This document shows positions 9,511 to 19,064 of a DNA stretch of 64,000 nt, piece after piece (position 1 is the first letter of the stretch; every line of letters begins with the position of its first letter). The stretch lies in NCBI GenBank assembly GCA_016783945.1, contig JADHVP010000002.1, positions 852 through 64,851 of the forward strand, read 5' to 3'. Origin of the DNA: Ignavibacteria bacterium (GTDB lineage Bacteria; Bacteroidota; Ignavibacteria; Tepidaquicellales; Tepidaquicellaceae). The notes beneath the pieces are model-generated. The model ran no database searches. It worked only from the letters and a program-made list of their open reading frames with translations, and had not been told where the DNA came from. The position numbers and the translations under genes were made by a program.

Positions 9511-9542
9511 AACAGCCTAACTAACATATAGTTGGGCTGTTT
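9511..9542 (+). terminator. rho-independent terminator (aacagcctaact-N8-agttgggctgtt, then tgttt)
   Basis: 12-bp stem with one G-U pair, followed by T-rich sequence, downstream of the 8232..9386 gene. Confidence 0.5.
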
Positions 9543-9624
9543 GTTTATAACTTTTATAAACTTTGAAATCACACATTGACTTTATTCCCTTGCAAAAGTA
9601 ATTATTTTATTCATATCTTATACA

Positions 9625-10410
9625 ATGGAAAAAAATACAATCTATTCTATAATAACGGGTAAAATTCCTATAATAGCTGCTGCCATTCACAATGGACATG
9701 AGGTGCGAGATGAAGTATCGGAACTATTCAATTTATCCGAAGCCGAAAGACTCCGTGAAGAAGATCCATTTACAGGTGACTGGACAACAATAGCAGAAAC
9801 GCGAATTATCGGATTAAGATCACGCTTCGAGGTTGATTTGAACCGTTCCAGAGAGAAAGCTGTTTATATTGAACCTGATGATGCGTGGGGTTTACAAGTA
9901 TGGAAATCCAGACCTTCAATAGAAATCGTAGAACTCTCATTATTAGAGTATGATGAATTTTATAATGAGACTTCGTATGTATTAAAAGACCTGCAGCAAC
10001 AATTCGGTAAATTTGTTGTATTTGATTTACACACATATAATCATATGCGTGGAGGTCCCGATGAGCAGCCTGCAGACCCAATTTCTAATCCGGAAGTTAA
10101 TGTAGGCACAGGTACATTAGACCGTGAACACTGGGCACCTGTAGTAGAACGTTTTATGTCTGACCTGCATAATTTTGATTATCTTGGAAGGCATCTCGAT
10201 GTAAGGGAGAATGTCAAATTCAAAGGTGGAAATTTTCCCCGCTGGATAAATGAAAACTTTGATAAATCAGGTTGTGCTTTAGCAATTGAGTTCAAAAAAT
10301 TCTTTATGAACGAATGGACTGGTGAGCCTGACAAAGTTCAACTTGAAGCAATTCGTCAAGCTTTAAAATCTACTGTAGCCGGTGTTGTTGAAGAATTAGC
10401 AAAACTCTAA
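9625..10410 (+). CDS. N-formylglutamate amidohydrolase (FGase) family protein
   Basis: 261 aa. IIAAAIHNGHEVRDEV...EEDPFTGDW... and HTYNHMR are typical of the FGase fold. Confidence 0.65.
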   Translation: MEKNTIYSIITGKIPIIAAAIHNGHEVRDEVSELFNLSEAERLREEDPFTGDWTTIAETRIIGLRSRFEVDLNRSREKAVYIEPDDAWGLQVWKSRPSIEIVELSLLEYDEFYNETSYVLKDLQQQFGKFVVFDLHTYNHMRGGPDEQPADPISNPEVNVGTGTLDREHWAPVVERFMSDLHNFDYLGRHLDVRENVKFKGGNFPRWINENFDKSGCALAIEFKKFFMNEWTGEPDKVQLEAIRQALKSTVAGVVEELAKL

Positions 10411-10473
10411 AATCCGTTATACATATAATATCATATTGTCAGTCATATATATAAATATTTTAGATCAAACATA

Positions 10474-12396
10474 ATGAATACTAAAAATTCACGAATAAAA
10501 AATACGATAACAGAAAATTTCATCGAAGAAATTCGTGAACGTTTAATAGAAGGAAAGCAAATAAGAAGGTCATTACCATTAGACGGACGTTTACATATTG
10601 ATCGTGCCCTGCCATTCATTGTCGTTTACAGACGCCCAATCAAACGTATTGACAGGGGAACAGATAATTTAGTTAAAGGTGAAGCGTCATACCTGGTCGC
10701 TTCTGGCAGCAGAAAACTTAAACCGGGATTGACAGAACTCACGCGAACAATAGTTGAAACGCTATCGAATAAATTCAAAGCTTTCTTAATCATAGAAATT
10801 TGGAGTGGTGAAGATAGTCCAATTGATTTCGAAATTGACGATACGATTTCAAAACCTGCTTTTCGAATATTTATATCCCAAACAAATCCACCGACGAAAA
10901 GTGTAGAAGTTCTGGAAAGTTCTTTGAGAAAAATGAGAATACAAAAACGGACAGCAAATGTTGAAGTTGTTTATAACAATAAACTCTCACCACCCGGATT
11001 AGAATCACTTATTTCAATCAAAAATGTAAAAGAATTTAATTGTTTTACTATTGGTATTGAAATTCAACCTATTTATCGTGATCCAACAAATAACGATATT
11101 TTTCCATTAGTACTAAGACAATTACAGCTTAGTCTTACGAGGGCACTAAAGCAGACATTCTTCGCATTTTCAAATACTCAAACAGCACTTCGCCCAAGTC
11201 ATTATCTTGCACTCGGACGCAGGGCAGTTGTTAAAGCTGTATGGCGGGTAGATAGTATGCTTGCGGATATTTCCAACAAATTTGATTTCCTATTACTGTT
11301 AACCCCGGTTAATGTCGAATATGCATGGACTAAGTTTAAAAATAAGCAATTCGATCATGATCCTGTTTTTTTCTATAGACCAAGACCGGTTGACACGGCA
11401 ATATTAAAACGTAAACTTTACGAAATTCCCATTGAACGTGTAGAAGATCCAACCTTAGCATACCTTTTTCACGAGAAACGAACAGAACTCGACCGACAGT
11501 TAACAATGCTGGATGATCGCGAAACACCACAATTTCTGTATAGCAGTTTACAGCTTTTTGGAAATATTAGTGATAACTTATTTAATCTTTCAAAAAATAT
11601 TCTACAAGTATTACCTGCGAGAAGCCGTGAACTTTCTAAAAGTGGTTATTTAAATGCAGAAGAATTCGCTGATATAGCATTCAATGAAATTGAATATTAC
11701 AAACAGTTCTATCCTTCGCTGTCATCCCGTATACAAATTCGTGATGACGTCGTGGGTTTAATGGTGTCGCGAGGAAATTTGCTTATTAGTCGCAATATAA
11801 AAATCCCAATATCACGCAGCGAAGCTCTCATACAGCATGAAGTCGGAACTCATGTTGTTACTTACTTCAACGGGCTTTCACAACCATTTAAACAACTATA
11901 CAGCGGATTAGCAGGATACGAGGAATTGCAGGAAGGACTTGCAGTACTCTCAGAGTATTTCGTTGATGGTTTGAGCCGTCCGCGATTGCGTCTTTTAGCC
12001 GGACGTGTAATTGCTGCGCGTTGTATTATTGATGGAGCATCGTTTATCGACACATTCAGAGAAATGAATTTAACTTATGGTTTCGATCAATGGACTGCAT
12101 TTACATTAACAGCACGTATCTATCGCAGCGGTGGATTCACCAAAGATATAGTTTATCTACGTGGCTTAGTAAATTTATTGAATTATTTAAAAAAAGATGG
12201 TATACTTGAGCCATTGTTCGTAGGAAAAATTGCAATTGATCATATTCCAATAATACAGGAATTACAATTACGCAAAGTACTTCATCCTGCACCTTTGTAT
12301 CCAAGATATTTTAAAAATGCACAAATAAAAAATAAATTGAATCTATTAAGAAATGGATTAACAGTTTTAAATTTAATCGAAAGGAGAAAAATATGA
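10474..12396 (+). CDS. DUF1704 protein (QEGLA-motif / tyrosine-phenylalanine carboxypeptidase-type metalloprotease)
   Basis: QEGLA is encoded at 11929-11943 (YEELQEGLAVLSEY). HEVGTH (HExxxH) is encoded at 11836-11853. Confidence 0.75.
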   Translation: MNTKNSRIKNTITENFIEEIRERLIEGKQIRRSLPLDGRLHIDRALPFIVVYRRPIKRIDRGTDNLVKGEASYLVASGSRKLKPGLTELTRTIVETLSNKFKAFLIIEIWSGEDSPIDFEIDDTISKPAFRIFISQTNPPTKSVEVLESSLRKMRIQKRTANVEVVYNNKLSPPGLESLISIKNVKEFNCFTIGIEIQPIYRDPTNNDIFPLVLRQLQLSLTRALKQTFFAFSNTQTALRPSHYLALGRRAVVKAVWRVDSMLADISNKFDFLLLLTPVNVEYAWTKFKNKQFDHDPVFFYRPRPVDTAILKRKLYEIPIERVEDPTLAYLFHEKRTELDRQLTMLDDRETPQFLYSSLQLFGNISDNLFNLSKNILQVLPARSRELSKSGYLNAEEFADIAFNEIEYYKQFYPSLSSRIQIRDDVVGLMVSRGNLLISRNIKIPISRSEALIQHEVGTHVVTYFNGLSQPFKQLYSGLAGYEELQEGLAVLSEYFVDGLSRPRLRLLAGRVIAARCIIDGASFIDTFREMNLTYGFDQWTAFTLTARIYRSGGFTKDIVYLRGLVNLLNYLKKDGILEPLFVGKIAIDHIPIIQELQLRKVLHPAPLYPRYFKNAQIKNKLNLLRNGLTVLNLIERRKI

Positions 12397-13439
12397 AGTT
12401 CGGATTTGTCGTTAATGAGATAACGACTGAACAAACAGGTTATACAACAACACGTCTCGCTATGGCTGCTATAAATCGTGGGCATGAGGTTTGGGTTATA
12501 GGTGCTGGAGATTTCGCTTATGATACCGATGATTCAATTTGCGCAAGAGCAAAGACAGTACCGAAGAAAAAATATAAATTCTCCGATACATATATTGCTG
12601 ATCTAAAAGGGAAGAATGCAATACATGAACGGATAAGAGTAGACGATTTAGACGTATTATTACTTCGAAATGATCCTTCTACAGATATTGGTCAACGTTC
12701 GTGGGCTCAATCATCCGGAATTATATTTGGTCGGGCAGCTATGCGTCACGGAGTAATAGTTTTAAATGATCCCAACGGTCTTGTAAAAGCAATGAACAAA
12801 ATGTACTTCCAGCTATTCCCTGAAGAAGTTCGCCCGAGAACTTTAATAACAAGGGACCGGGAAGAAATTAAGAAATTTGCGAAAGATGAGGGAGGAAATA
12901 TAGTACTAAAACCTCTTCAAGGTTCAGGCGGTACAAATGTTTTTTTAATCCGGCGGGATGATATGTCAAACCTTAATCAAATGATAGACGCTGTCAGTCG
13001 GGATGGTTATGTCATCGCACAGGAATATCTGCCCGCCGCTGCTGAAGGAGACACCCGTTTGTTTTTAATGAATGGTCTACCACTTCGATACAAACATAAA
13101 TATGCAGCTTTCCGGCGATTAAGGTCGGGAGATGATATGAGGAGTAATATTCATGCTGGGGGGAAATTACGTCAAGCTGAAATAACCGATACTGATCTTA
13201 AACTTGCTGAAATGGTCCGACCGAAATTAGTCCAGGACGGAATGTTTTTAGTAGGTCTCGATATTGTAGGTGACAAATTAATGGAAATAAATGTTTTCAG
13301 TCCGGGCGGTCTTGGTAGTGCACAGAAATTTGAAAAAGTGAATTTCACACATGCGGTAGTAGAAGCATTAGAACGAAAGGTGGAATACATGAAATATTAT
13401 CGTCGAAATTTTGATAACATAGAAATGTCAACACTTTAA
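12393..13439 (+). CDS. glutathione synthetase-like ATP-grasp ligase
   Basis: By eye it is collinear with E. coli GshB (VLLLRNDPSTD; IVLKPLQGSGGTNVF; YLPAAAEGDTRLFLMNG; GLDIVGDKLMEINVFSPGG). Its ATGA start overlaps the upstream stop, which suggests translational coupling. Confidence 0.7.
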   Translation: MKFGFVVNEITTEQTGYTTTRLAMAAINRGHEVWVIGAGDFAYDTDDSICARAKTVPKKKYKFSDTYIADLKGKNAIHERIRVDDLDVLLLRNDPSTDIGQRSWAQSSGIIFGRAAMRHGVIVLNDPNGLVKAMNKMYFQLFPEEVRPRTLITRDREEIKKFAKDEGGNIVLKPLQGSGGTNVFLIRRDDMSNLNQMIDAVSRDGYVIAQEYLPAAAEGDTRLFLMNGLPLRYKHKYAAFRRLRSGDDMRSNIHAGGKLRQAEITDTDLKLAEMVRPKLVQDGMFLVGLDIVGDKLMEINVFSPGGLGSAQKFEKVNFTHAVVEALERKVEYMKYYRRNFDNIEMSTL

Positions 13440-13550
13440 AACAATTGAGTGTGAAAAGGAAAAATTGGTTTTAAATTTAAATGTTTTCAAATAATCATTG
13501 GAAGTATATTATAAAAGTGTGCAATTAATTTACGAAATTATAAATTAACT

Positions 13551-14537
13551 ATGCCGACAAATCTTCCACCCGAAGCAGTCGATGCGGAAAAGCTTTACCG
13601 GGCTGCGACAACAACCACAGAAAAAATTTCCAGTCTCGAGGAATATATCGGTGCTATTCCAAAACATAAGGGTACCGATAAACTGCGGGCTTCTTTACGA
13701 AAACGGTTATCTAAATTAAAAAGTGCAACTCAAAGCAAAAAGAAGTCGAGCAGGCAGGATACTGCTTTCCATGTTGAAAGAGAAGGAGCAGGTCAGGTTG
13801 TAGTTATCGGAGCAACTAATGTTGGTAAATCATCTCTCGTAGCAAAGTTATCGCATGCACACCCAAAGGTTTCCGATGCTCCTTTCTCGACTTGGGCTGT
13901 AACACCGGGTATGATGCTATTCGAAAACATCCAAATTCAGCTTGTCGATACTCCGCCCCTGAACAGAGACCACGTTGAGCCAGAATTAATAGAATTAATA
14001 CGGTTATCAGATTTGATATTATTAGTAGTAGACTTGCAAGCTGACCCGGACCAGCAGTTCGAAAACACACTTTCCTTTCTTGAAGAACATCGTATCGTCG
14101 CTTACAATTTGAAAGACAGTTACGTTGGTGAAGGTCGAATATCATTCATACCGCTCATTGTGATTGCTAACAAATACGATGATAAGAATTATGATGAAAA
14201 TTATGAAATATGCTGTGAATTATTCAAAAATAAATGGAATATTTTTCCTGTATCTGCTTTAACAGGTCGCAACCTTGAGCTAATGGAAGAAGAAATCTTT
14301 AAAGCATTGAAAATAATTCGTGTGTATTCTAAAGCTCATGGGAAACCCCCGGATATGGAAGACCCGTTTGTATTAAAAATAGGAAGTAATGTAGAAGAGT
14401 TTTCTGTGAAGGTTCATCATGATTTTACAGAAAAATTAAAATCAGCTCGTATTTGGGGTGCAGATGTCCATGATGGACAAATGGTTGGGAGAGACCATAT
14501 ACTCCAGGATGGGGATGTGGTGGAGCTGCAGATTTAG
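13551..14537 (+). CDS. OBG-class GTPase of the DRG-like type with a C-terminal TGS domain
   Basis: G1 GATNVGKSS, G3 DTPP, G4 NKYD. An N-terminal helical region (HKGTDKLRASLRKRLSKLK) resembles DRG/Rbg proteins. The C-terminal ...GQMVGRDHILQDGDVVELQI is TGS-like. Confidence 0.65.
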   Translation: MPTNLPPEAVDAEKLYRAATTTTEKISSLEEYIGAIPKHKGTDKLRASLRKRLSKLKSATQSKKKSSRQDTAFHVEREGAGQVVVIGATNVGKSSLVAKLSHAHPKVSDAPFSTWAVTPGMMLFENIQIQLVDTPPLNRDHVEPELIELIRLSDLILLVVDLQADPDQQFENTLSFLEEHRIVAYNLKDSYVGEGRISFIPLIVIANKYDDKNYDENYEICCELFKNKWNIFPVSALTGRNLELMEEEIFKALKIIRVYSKAHGKPPDMEDPFVLKIGSNVEEFSVKVHHDFTEKLKSARIWGADVHDGQMVGRDHILQDGDVVELQI

Positions 14538-14676
14538 GATTAATATCTAGTTATCTGTTATGGATTAAAAACGAATAAAGAATAATGATTAACGATTTAT
14601 GATTTTTGAAGTCTTAAAAATAAAGATTTAATGTTAATAACTAAACTTCACAGATACATTGATACAGAACTGAAGA

Positions 14677-15276
14677 ATGGACAAAGATGAAACAAGAATG
14701 AATATTATAGCATCGGGGGAAAAAGTATATCTTAGAGACCGTCATCCTTCCGATGCAAAAATATATGTAAATTGGTTTGTGAATGGCGAATGGAAAGAAT
14801 ATGATGCACCATGGGAAAATATAGACACTCCAGATACTGAAGAAAAGAAAGATATAATCTTGCATAGATTCTTAGAAGATTGCAAAAAAGATCTCCCTAT
14901 GCCAAGAACTAAAGCGATAATCACAACAACAGAAAATAAACCCTTAGGATGGGTAAATCGTTATAAAAGAGGAGAGCACTTCCCGGATACATGGTTTGTT
15001 GGAATTGATATTTGTGAAGACGAATATCTGAATAAAGGAATGGGAACAGAAGCTCTTGAACTCTGGATAGATTATTTATTTTCAAATTCAAACGTACATC
15101 GCTTATCACTTGACACCTGGTCGTTTAACAAACGGATGATGCACGTTGCGGAGAAAGTAGGATTTGTACTTGAGGGTAAACAAAGAGAATTCATCAAATG
15201 GAAAGATGAATGGCTTGATGCTGTACATTATGGTATGCTAAGAAGAGAATGGGAAGAAAAACTAAGTGAAATTTAA
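14677..15276 (+). CDS. GNAT family N-acetyltransferase (RimJ/RimL-like)
   Basis: YLNKGMGTEALELWIDYLFSNSNVHRLSLDTWSFNKRMMHVAEKVGFVLEG is the acetyl-CoA binding core. Confidence 0.7.
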   Translation: MDKDETRMNIIASGEKVYLRDRHPSDAKIYVNWFVNGEWKEYDAPWENIDTPDTEEKKDIILHRFLEDCKKDLPMPRTKAIITTTENKPLGWVNRYKRGEHFPDTWFVGIDICEDEYLNKGMGTEALELWIDYLFSNSNVHRLSLDTWSFNKRMMHVAEKVGFVLEGKQREFIKWKDEWLDAVHYGMLRREWEEKLSEI

Positions 15277-15320
15277 AAAATACAGATTCATTAACTAAAC
15301 TTATTACTGGAGATAAACAA

Positions 15321-15824
15321 ATGAAAAAAATGACAGAAAAATCTTTGAATGAAGCGTTTGCGGGTGAATCGATGGCATGCATAAAATATCTTGCCTTTAG
15401 CGATGCAGCTGAGAAGGAAGGTTATGCAAAACTCGCTAAACTTTTCCGAGCAATTGCTTACGCGGAACAGGTTCATGCAATTAATCATGCAAAGAACCTG
15501 GGACTAATTAAAGAGACAGCTGATAATTTACAATCAGGTATTGACGGAGAAAATTTTGAAATAGTGGAGATGTATCCAGCTTATGACGCAATCGCAAAAC
15601 TACAGGAAGAGAAAGGTGCTCAGCGTTCGATTCATTATGCAATCGAAGCCGAAAAAATTCATGAAGAGATTTACAAACTTGCATTGGATGAGTTATCGAA
15701 AGGAAAAGAAATGAATATAGATGATGTTTATATCTGTCCCGTTTGCAGATATACACATTTAGGAAAACCAACAGAGAAGTGTCCAATCTGTAATCTTGGT
15801 TCGGATAAGTTTAGAAAGTTTTAA
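15321..15824 (+). CDS. rbr: rubrerythrin
   Basis: Ferritin-like di-iron E..E..H motifs (AGESMACIKY; EQVHA; EAEKIHEE) plus a C-terminal rubredoxin-like CPVC...CPIC. Confidence 0.85.
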   Translation: MKKMTEKSLNEAFAGESMACIKYLAFSDAAEKEGYAKLAKLFRAIAYAEQVHAINHAKNLGLIKETADNLQSGIDGENFEIVEMYPAYDAIAKLQEEKGAQRSIHYAIEAEKIHEEIYKLALDELSKGKEMNIDDVYICPVCRYTHLGKPTEKCPICNLGSDKFRKF

Positions 15825-15984
15825 TTTGTGATTCTTTAAGGATTGAATCATTCAAGACACAAATTGCACCAATTATCACGAATCCACCTTTTTAGTCCTG
15901 GTTACAAAAGTCCTCTTTTGCAACCCAAAAGTACCAATTTGTAAATTGAAGTAAGTATTATATTTAAATATATTATAAGGCTAT

Positions 15985-17148
15985 ATGAGAAAAATCATCC
16001 CCTTAATATTAATTGCTGTTATATCTCAAAGCTTAAATCTATATGCTAATGATTTTACTCAAGTAGATGGGATGATAAACGATGCGATAGAAAATGAATA
16101 CTTTCCCGGTGCACAACTTCTAATCGGAACAGATGAAGAAATCCTTTACCAAAAATCTTATGGTAAATTCACATACGATGATGATGCAAAGCCTGTTGAA
16201 AATTATAGCATATTCGACCTTGCTTCGCTTACGAAGGTCATAGCGACAACCTCTGCGATTATGAAACTGTATGATGAAGGAAAGCTCGACCTTTATGACA
16301 GGGTTGCTTATTACTTTCCGGAATTCGGAGTTCATAATAAAGAAAAAATTACGATACAGAATTTGCTGCTGCACAATTCAGGATTGAAAGCATGGATACC
16401 TTTTTATCAAACGTGTAAGACCAAGCAGGATGTTTTGGATACGATATACAACCTCGAACTTGAATATGAACCGGAAACTGATTTCGTTTACAGTGATTTG
16501 AATGCAATACTGCTGGGAGAGATAGTAGAGAAAGTCACGGGCAAAACGCTCGATGTATATTGCTATGAAAATATTTTTGAACCTCTTAAAATGTTATCGA
16601 CGGTGTATAACCCGAATGATGATGATAAAGAAAATATACTTCCGACTGAATTCGATAATAACTGGAGAAATAAGCTTCTCAAAGGAGAGGTGCATGATGA
16701 AGCTGCGTACTTAATCGGTGGTGTATCGGGAAATGCAGGACTTTTTTCCAACGCAGAAGACATTTTCAAACTTGTGAAAACATTATTAAACAAGGGAACA
16801 TATTACAACCCTTACACAAGAGGTGTGAGACTTGATACTTTATTCAAAGAAAGCACTGTGGATTTATTCACAAGCAAATACACTTATGCTTCATATTACA
16901 ATACAAGAGCATTTGGATGGGATACGAAACCGGAACCAACAAGCTACAGAACTCCATGCGGTGAGCTGATATCGGATAACTGTTTCGGGCATACGGGTTA
17001 TACAGGAACAAGCGTCTGGTGTGATAAAGATAGAAAATTAATAATTGTATTTCTAACAAACAGAGTTTATCCAAGCAGGTCTCATACCGGGATAGGACGG
17101 TTAAGACCTGAATTGCACAATAAAATAATCGAGATATTCACAAATTAA
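15985..17148 (+). CDS. serine hydrolase / class C beta-lactamase-family (PBP4*-like) protein
   Basis: Signal peptide, an SxxK active site (FDLASLTKV), a YSD (YxN-like) motif and HTGYTG (KTG-like). Confidence 0.75.
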   Translation: MRKIIPLILIAVISQSLNLYANDFTQVDGMINDAIENEYFPGAQLLIGTDEEILYQKSYGKFTYDDDAKPVENYSIFDLASLTKVIATTSAIMKLYDEGKLDLYDRVAYYFPEFGVHNKEKITIQNLLLHNSGLKAWIPFYQTCKTKQDVLDTIYNLELEYEPETDFVYSDLNAILLGEIVEKVTGKTLDVYCYENIFEPLKMLSTVYNPNDDDKENILPTEFDNNWRNKLLKGEVHDEAAYLIGGVSGNAGLFSNAEDIFKLVKTLLNKGTYYNPYTRGVRLDTLFKESTVDLFTSKYTYASYYNTRAFGWDTKPEPTSYRTPCGELISDNCFGHTGYTGTSVWCDKDRKLIIVFLTNRVYPSRSHTGIGRLRPELHNKIIEIFTN

Positions 17149-17188
17149 TTTTTTAACAACATTTCTAAAATTTTTAAACATATAAGTC

Positions 17189-18745
17189 ATGGCATTAGCA
17201 AAATTTAAAAACGAACCGTTAACAGACTTTACGAAGAAAAAGAATGTAAAGGAATTTAAGAAAGCATTAAAGAAGATCGAACCAAGATTCAAGCAAGAAT
17301 ACCCTTTAAGCATAGGAACTGAAAAACTTTGTTCAGATGACAAATTAAAATCATACAACCCATCGAATCATGATGAAATAGTCGGAACATTTCAAAGAGC
17401 AACAGTAGAACAAGCAATGAATGCTATTGAGATTGCTAATATAAAATTTAGTGAGTGGAAAAAGGTTTCACCAGAAAAGAGAGCAAACTTTCTCCTGAAA
17501 GCAGCGAAGATTATGAGAAAAAGGAAGCATGAATTTTCAGCTATGATGGTATGCGAAGTAGGAAAAAACTGGGCAGAAGCCGATGGGGACACAGCTGAAG
17601 CAATAGATTTTATGGAATTCTATGCAAGGGAAGCCTTAAGGTATGATGAGAAACAGCCATTAGTTAAATATCCCGGAGAAAAGAATACGCTGAAATATAT
17701 ACCGCTCGGTGTGGGTGTTGTAATACCACCATGGAATTTCCCGCTGGCAATACTCGTTGGAATGACAACAGCGGCGATCGTAAGCGGAAACACCGTTATT
17801 TTAAAACCTTCGAGCGACTCCCCTGCTATCGCACAAATGTTTTACGAATTGATGGAAGAAGTAAAGCTTCCAGCAGGTGTTCTGAACTTCGTTACAGGCG
17901 GCGGCGGAAGTATCGGAGACTCACTCGTCAAACACCACTTAACAAGATTCATTGCATTTACCGGATCGATGGATGTTGGATTAGGGATAGTTGATCTTGC
18001 AGCTAAAAAAGATCCTAAACAGATCTGGATAAAGAGAGTAGTCGCGGAAATGGGTGGTAAGGATACTATAATCATAGATAGTGAGTTAAGAAATTTCAAT
18101 GATGCGATCAAAGGAGTATTAACAGCTGCATTCGGTTATTCCGGACAAAAATGTTCAGCATGTTCGAGAGTCGTAGTCGATGAAAAGATATACGATAAAT
18201 TCTGCAAAGAGCTAACAAATACAGCAAAACAAATTAAAGTAAACGATACCAGGTTAAATCCGAACATGGGTCCTGTTATAAATGAAAGCTCGAAGAAAAG
18301 TATTATGGATTATATTAACAAGGGTGTTGAAGAAGGGGGCATCATTATTCACGGTGGAAAAGAAATTCAAAGCACAGGTCATTTTGTTGAACCAACAATA
18401 ATAAAAGATGTAAAACCGTATGATGCAATCTCGCAGGAAGAGATATTCGGTCCTGTTCTTGCAGTTATCAAGTCGAGAGATTTCGATGATGCTTTAGAAA
18501 TTGCAAACAATACAATTTATGGGCTTACCGGTGCTGTTTATTCGAAAGATCAAAAGAAGCTTGCTAAAGCTGCGGTTGATTTCCATGTTGGGAATCTATA
18601 CCTCAATAGAAAATGTACAGGCGCATTAGTCGGTGTCCAGCCATTCGGTGGATTTAATATGAGTGGTACGGATTCTAAAGCTGGCGGAAGAGATTACTTA
18701 GGATTATTTATGCAGGCAAAAGTCATAACAGAAAAATCGAAATAA
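17189..18745 (+). CDS. pruA: L-glutamate gamma-semialdehyde (1-pyrroline-5-carboxylate) dehydrogenase
   Basis: 518-aa aldehyde dehydrogenase with EMGGKD and catalytic GQKCSACSR. The N-terminus FKNEPLTDF is typical of Bacillus/Thermus-type P5CDH. Confidence 0.75.
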   Translation: MALAKFKNEPLTDFTKKKNVKEFKKALKKIEPRFKQEYPLSIGTEKLCSDDKLKSYNPSNHDEIVGTFQRATVEQAMNAIEIANIKFSEWKKVSPEKRANFLLKAAKIMRKRKHEFSAMMVCEVGKNWAEADGDTAEAIDFMEFYAREALRYDEKQPLVKYPGEKNTLKYIPLGVGVVIPPWNFPLAILVGMTTAAIVSGNTVILKPSSDSPAIAQMFYELMEEVKLPAGVLNFVTGGGGSIGDSLVKHHLTRFIAFTGSMDVGLGIVDLAAKKDPKQIWIKRVVAEMGGKDTIIIDSELRNFNDAIKGVLTAAFGYSGQKCSACSRVVVDEKIYDKFCKELTNTAKQIKVNDTRLNPNMGPVINESSKKSIMDYINKGVEEGGIIIHGGKEIQSTGHFVEPTIIKDVKPYDAISQEEIFGPVLAVIKSRDFDDALEIANNTIYGLTGAVYSKDQKKLAKAAVDFHVGNLYLNRKCTGALVGVQPFGGFNMSGTDSKAGGRDYLGLFMQAKVITEKSK

Positions 18746-18768
18746 TTCTTATAATTAAATTATAATAA

Positions 18769-19008
18769 ATGAAGATTTTTAAATTTGTGTTGAGCTTATT
18801 TCTTTTGATTGCAGTTCTAAGCTGTAGTAAAATTTCCGAAAAGGTCGAAGAAAAGGTAAACGAAAAGATTGATGAGACAATCGATGAAAATCTAAAGAAA
18901 TTAGACTCGACATTAGACAAAACAAAACTCGATTCATTGAAGAACCTTTTAGATTCAACAATGAATCAATTGGACAGTAGTTTTAAAAAAGAATCAAGAG
19001 GAAAATAG
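18769..19008 (+). CDS. small lipoprotein, coiled-coil-like
   Basis: Lipobox LIAVLSC, followed by a K/E/D/L-rich helical repeat. Confidence 0.45.
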   Translation: MKIFKFVLSLFLLIAVLSCSKISEKVEEKVNEKIDETIDENLKKLDSTLDKTKLDSLKNLLDSTMNQLDSSFKKESRGK

Positions 19009-19064
19009 CTTTACAAATTTAGATTACCTAAATAAAAATTTATAAATATAAAATACAAAGCTAA

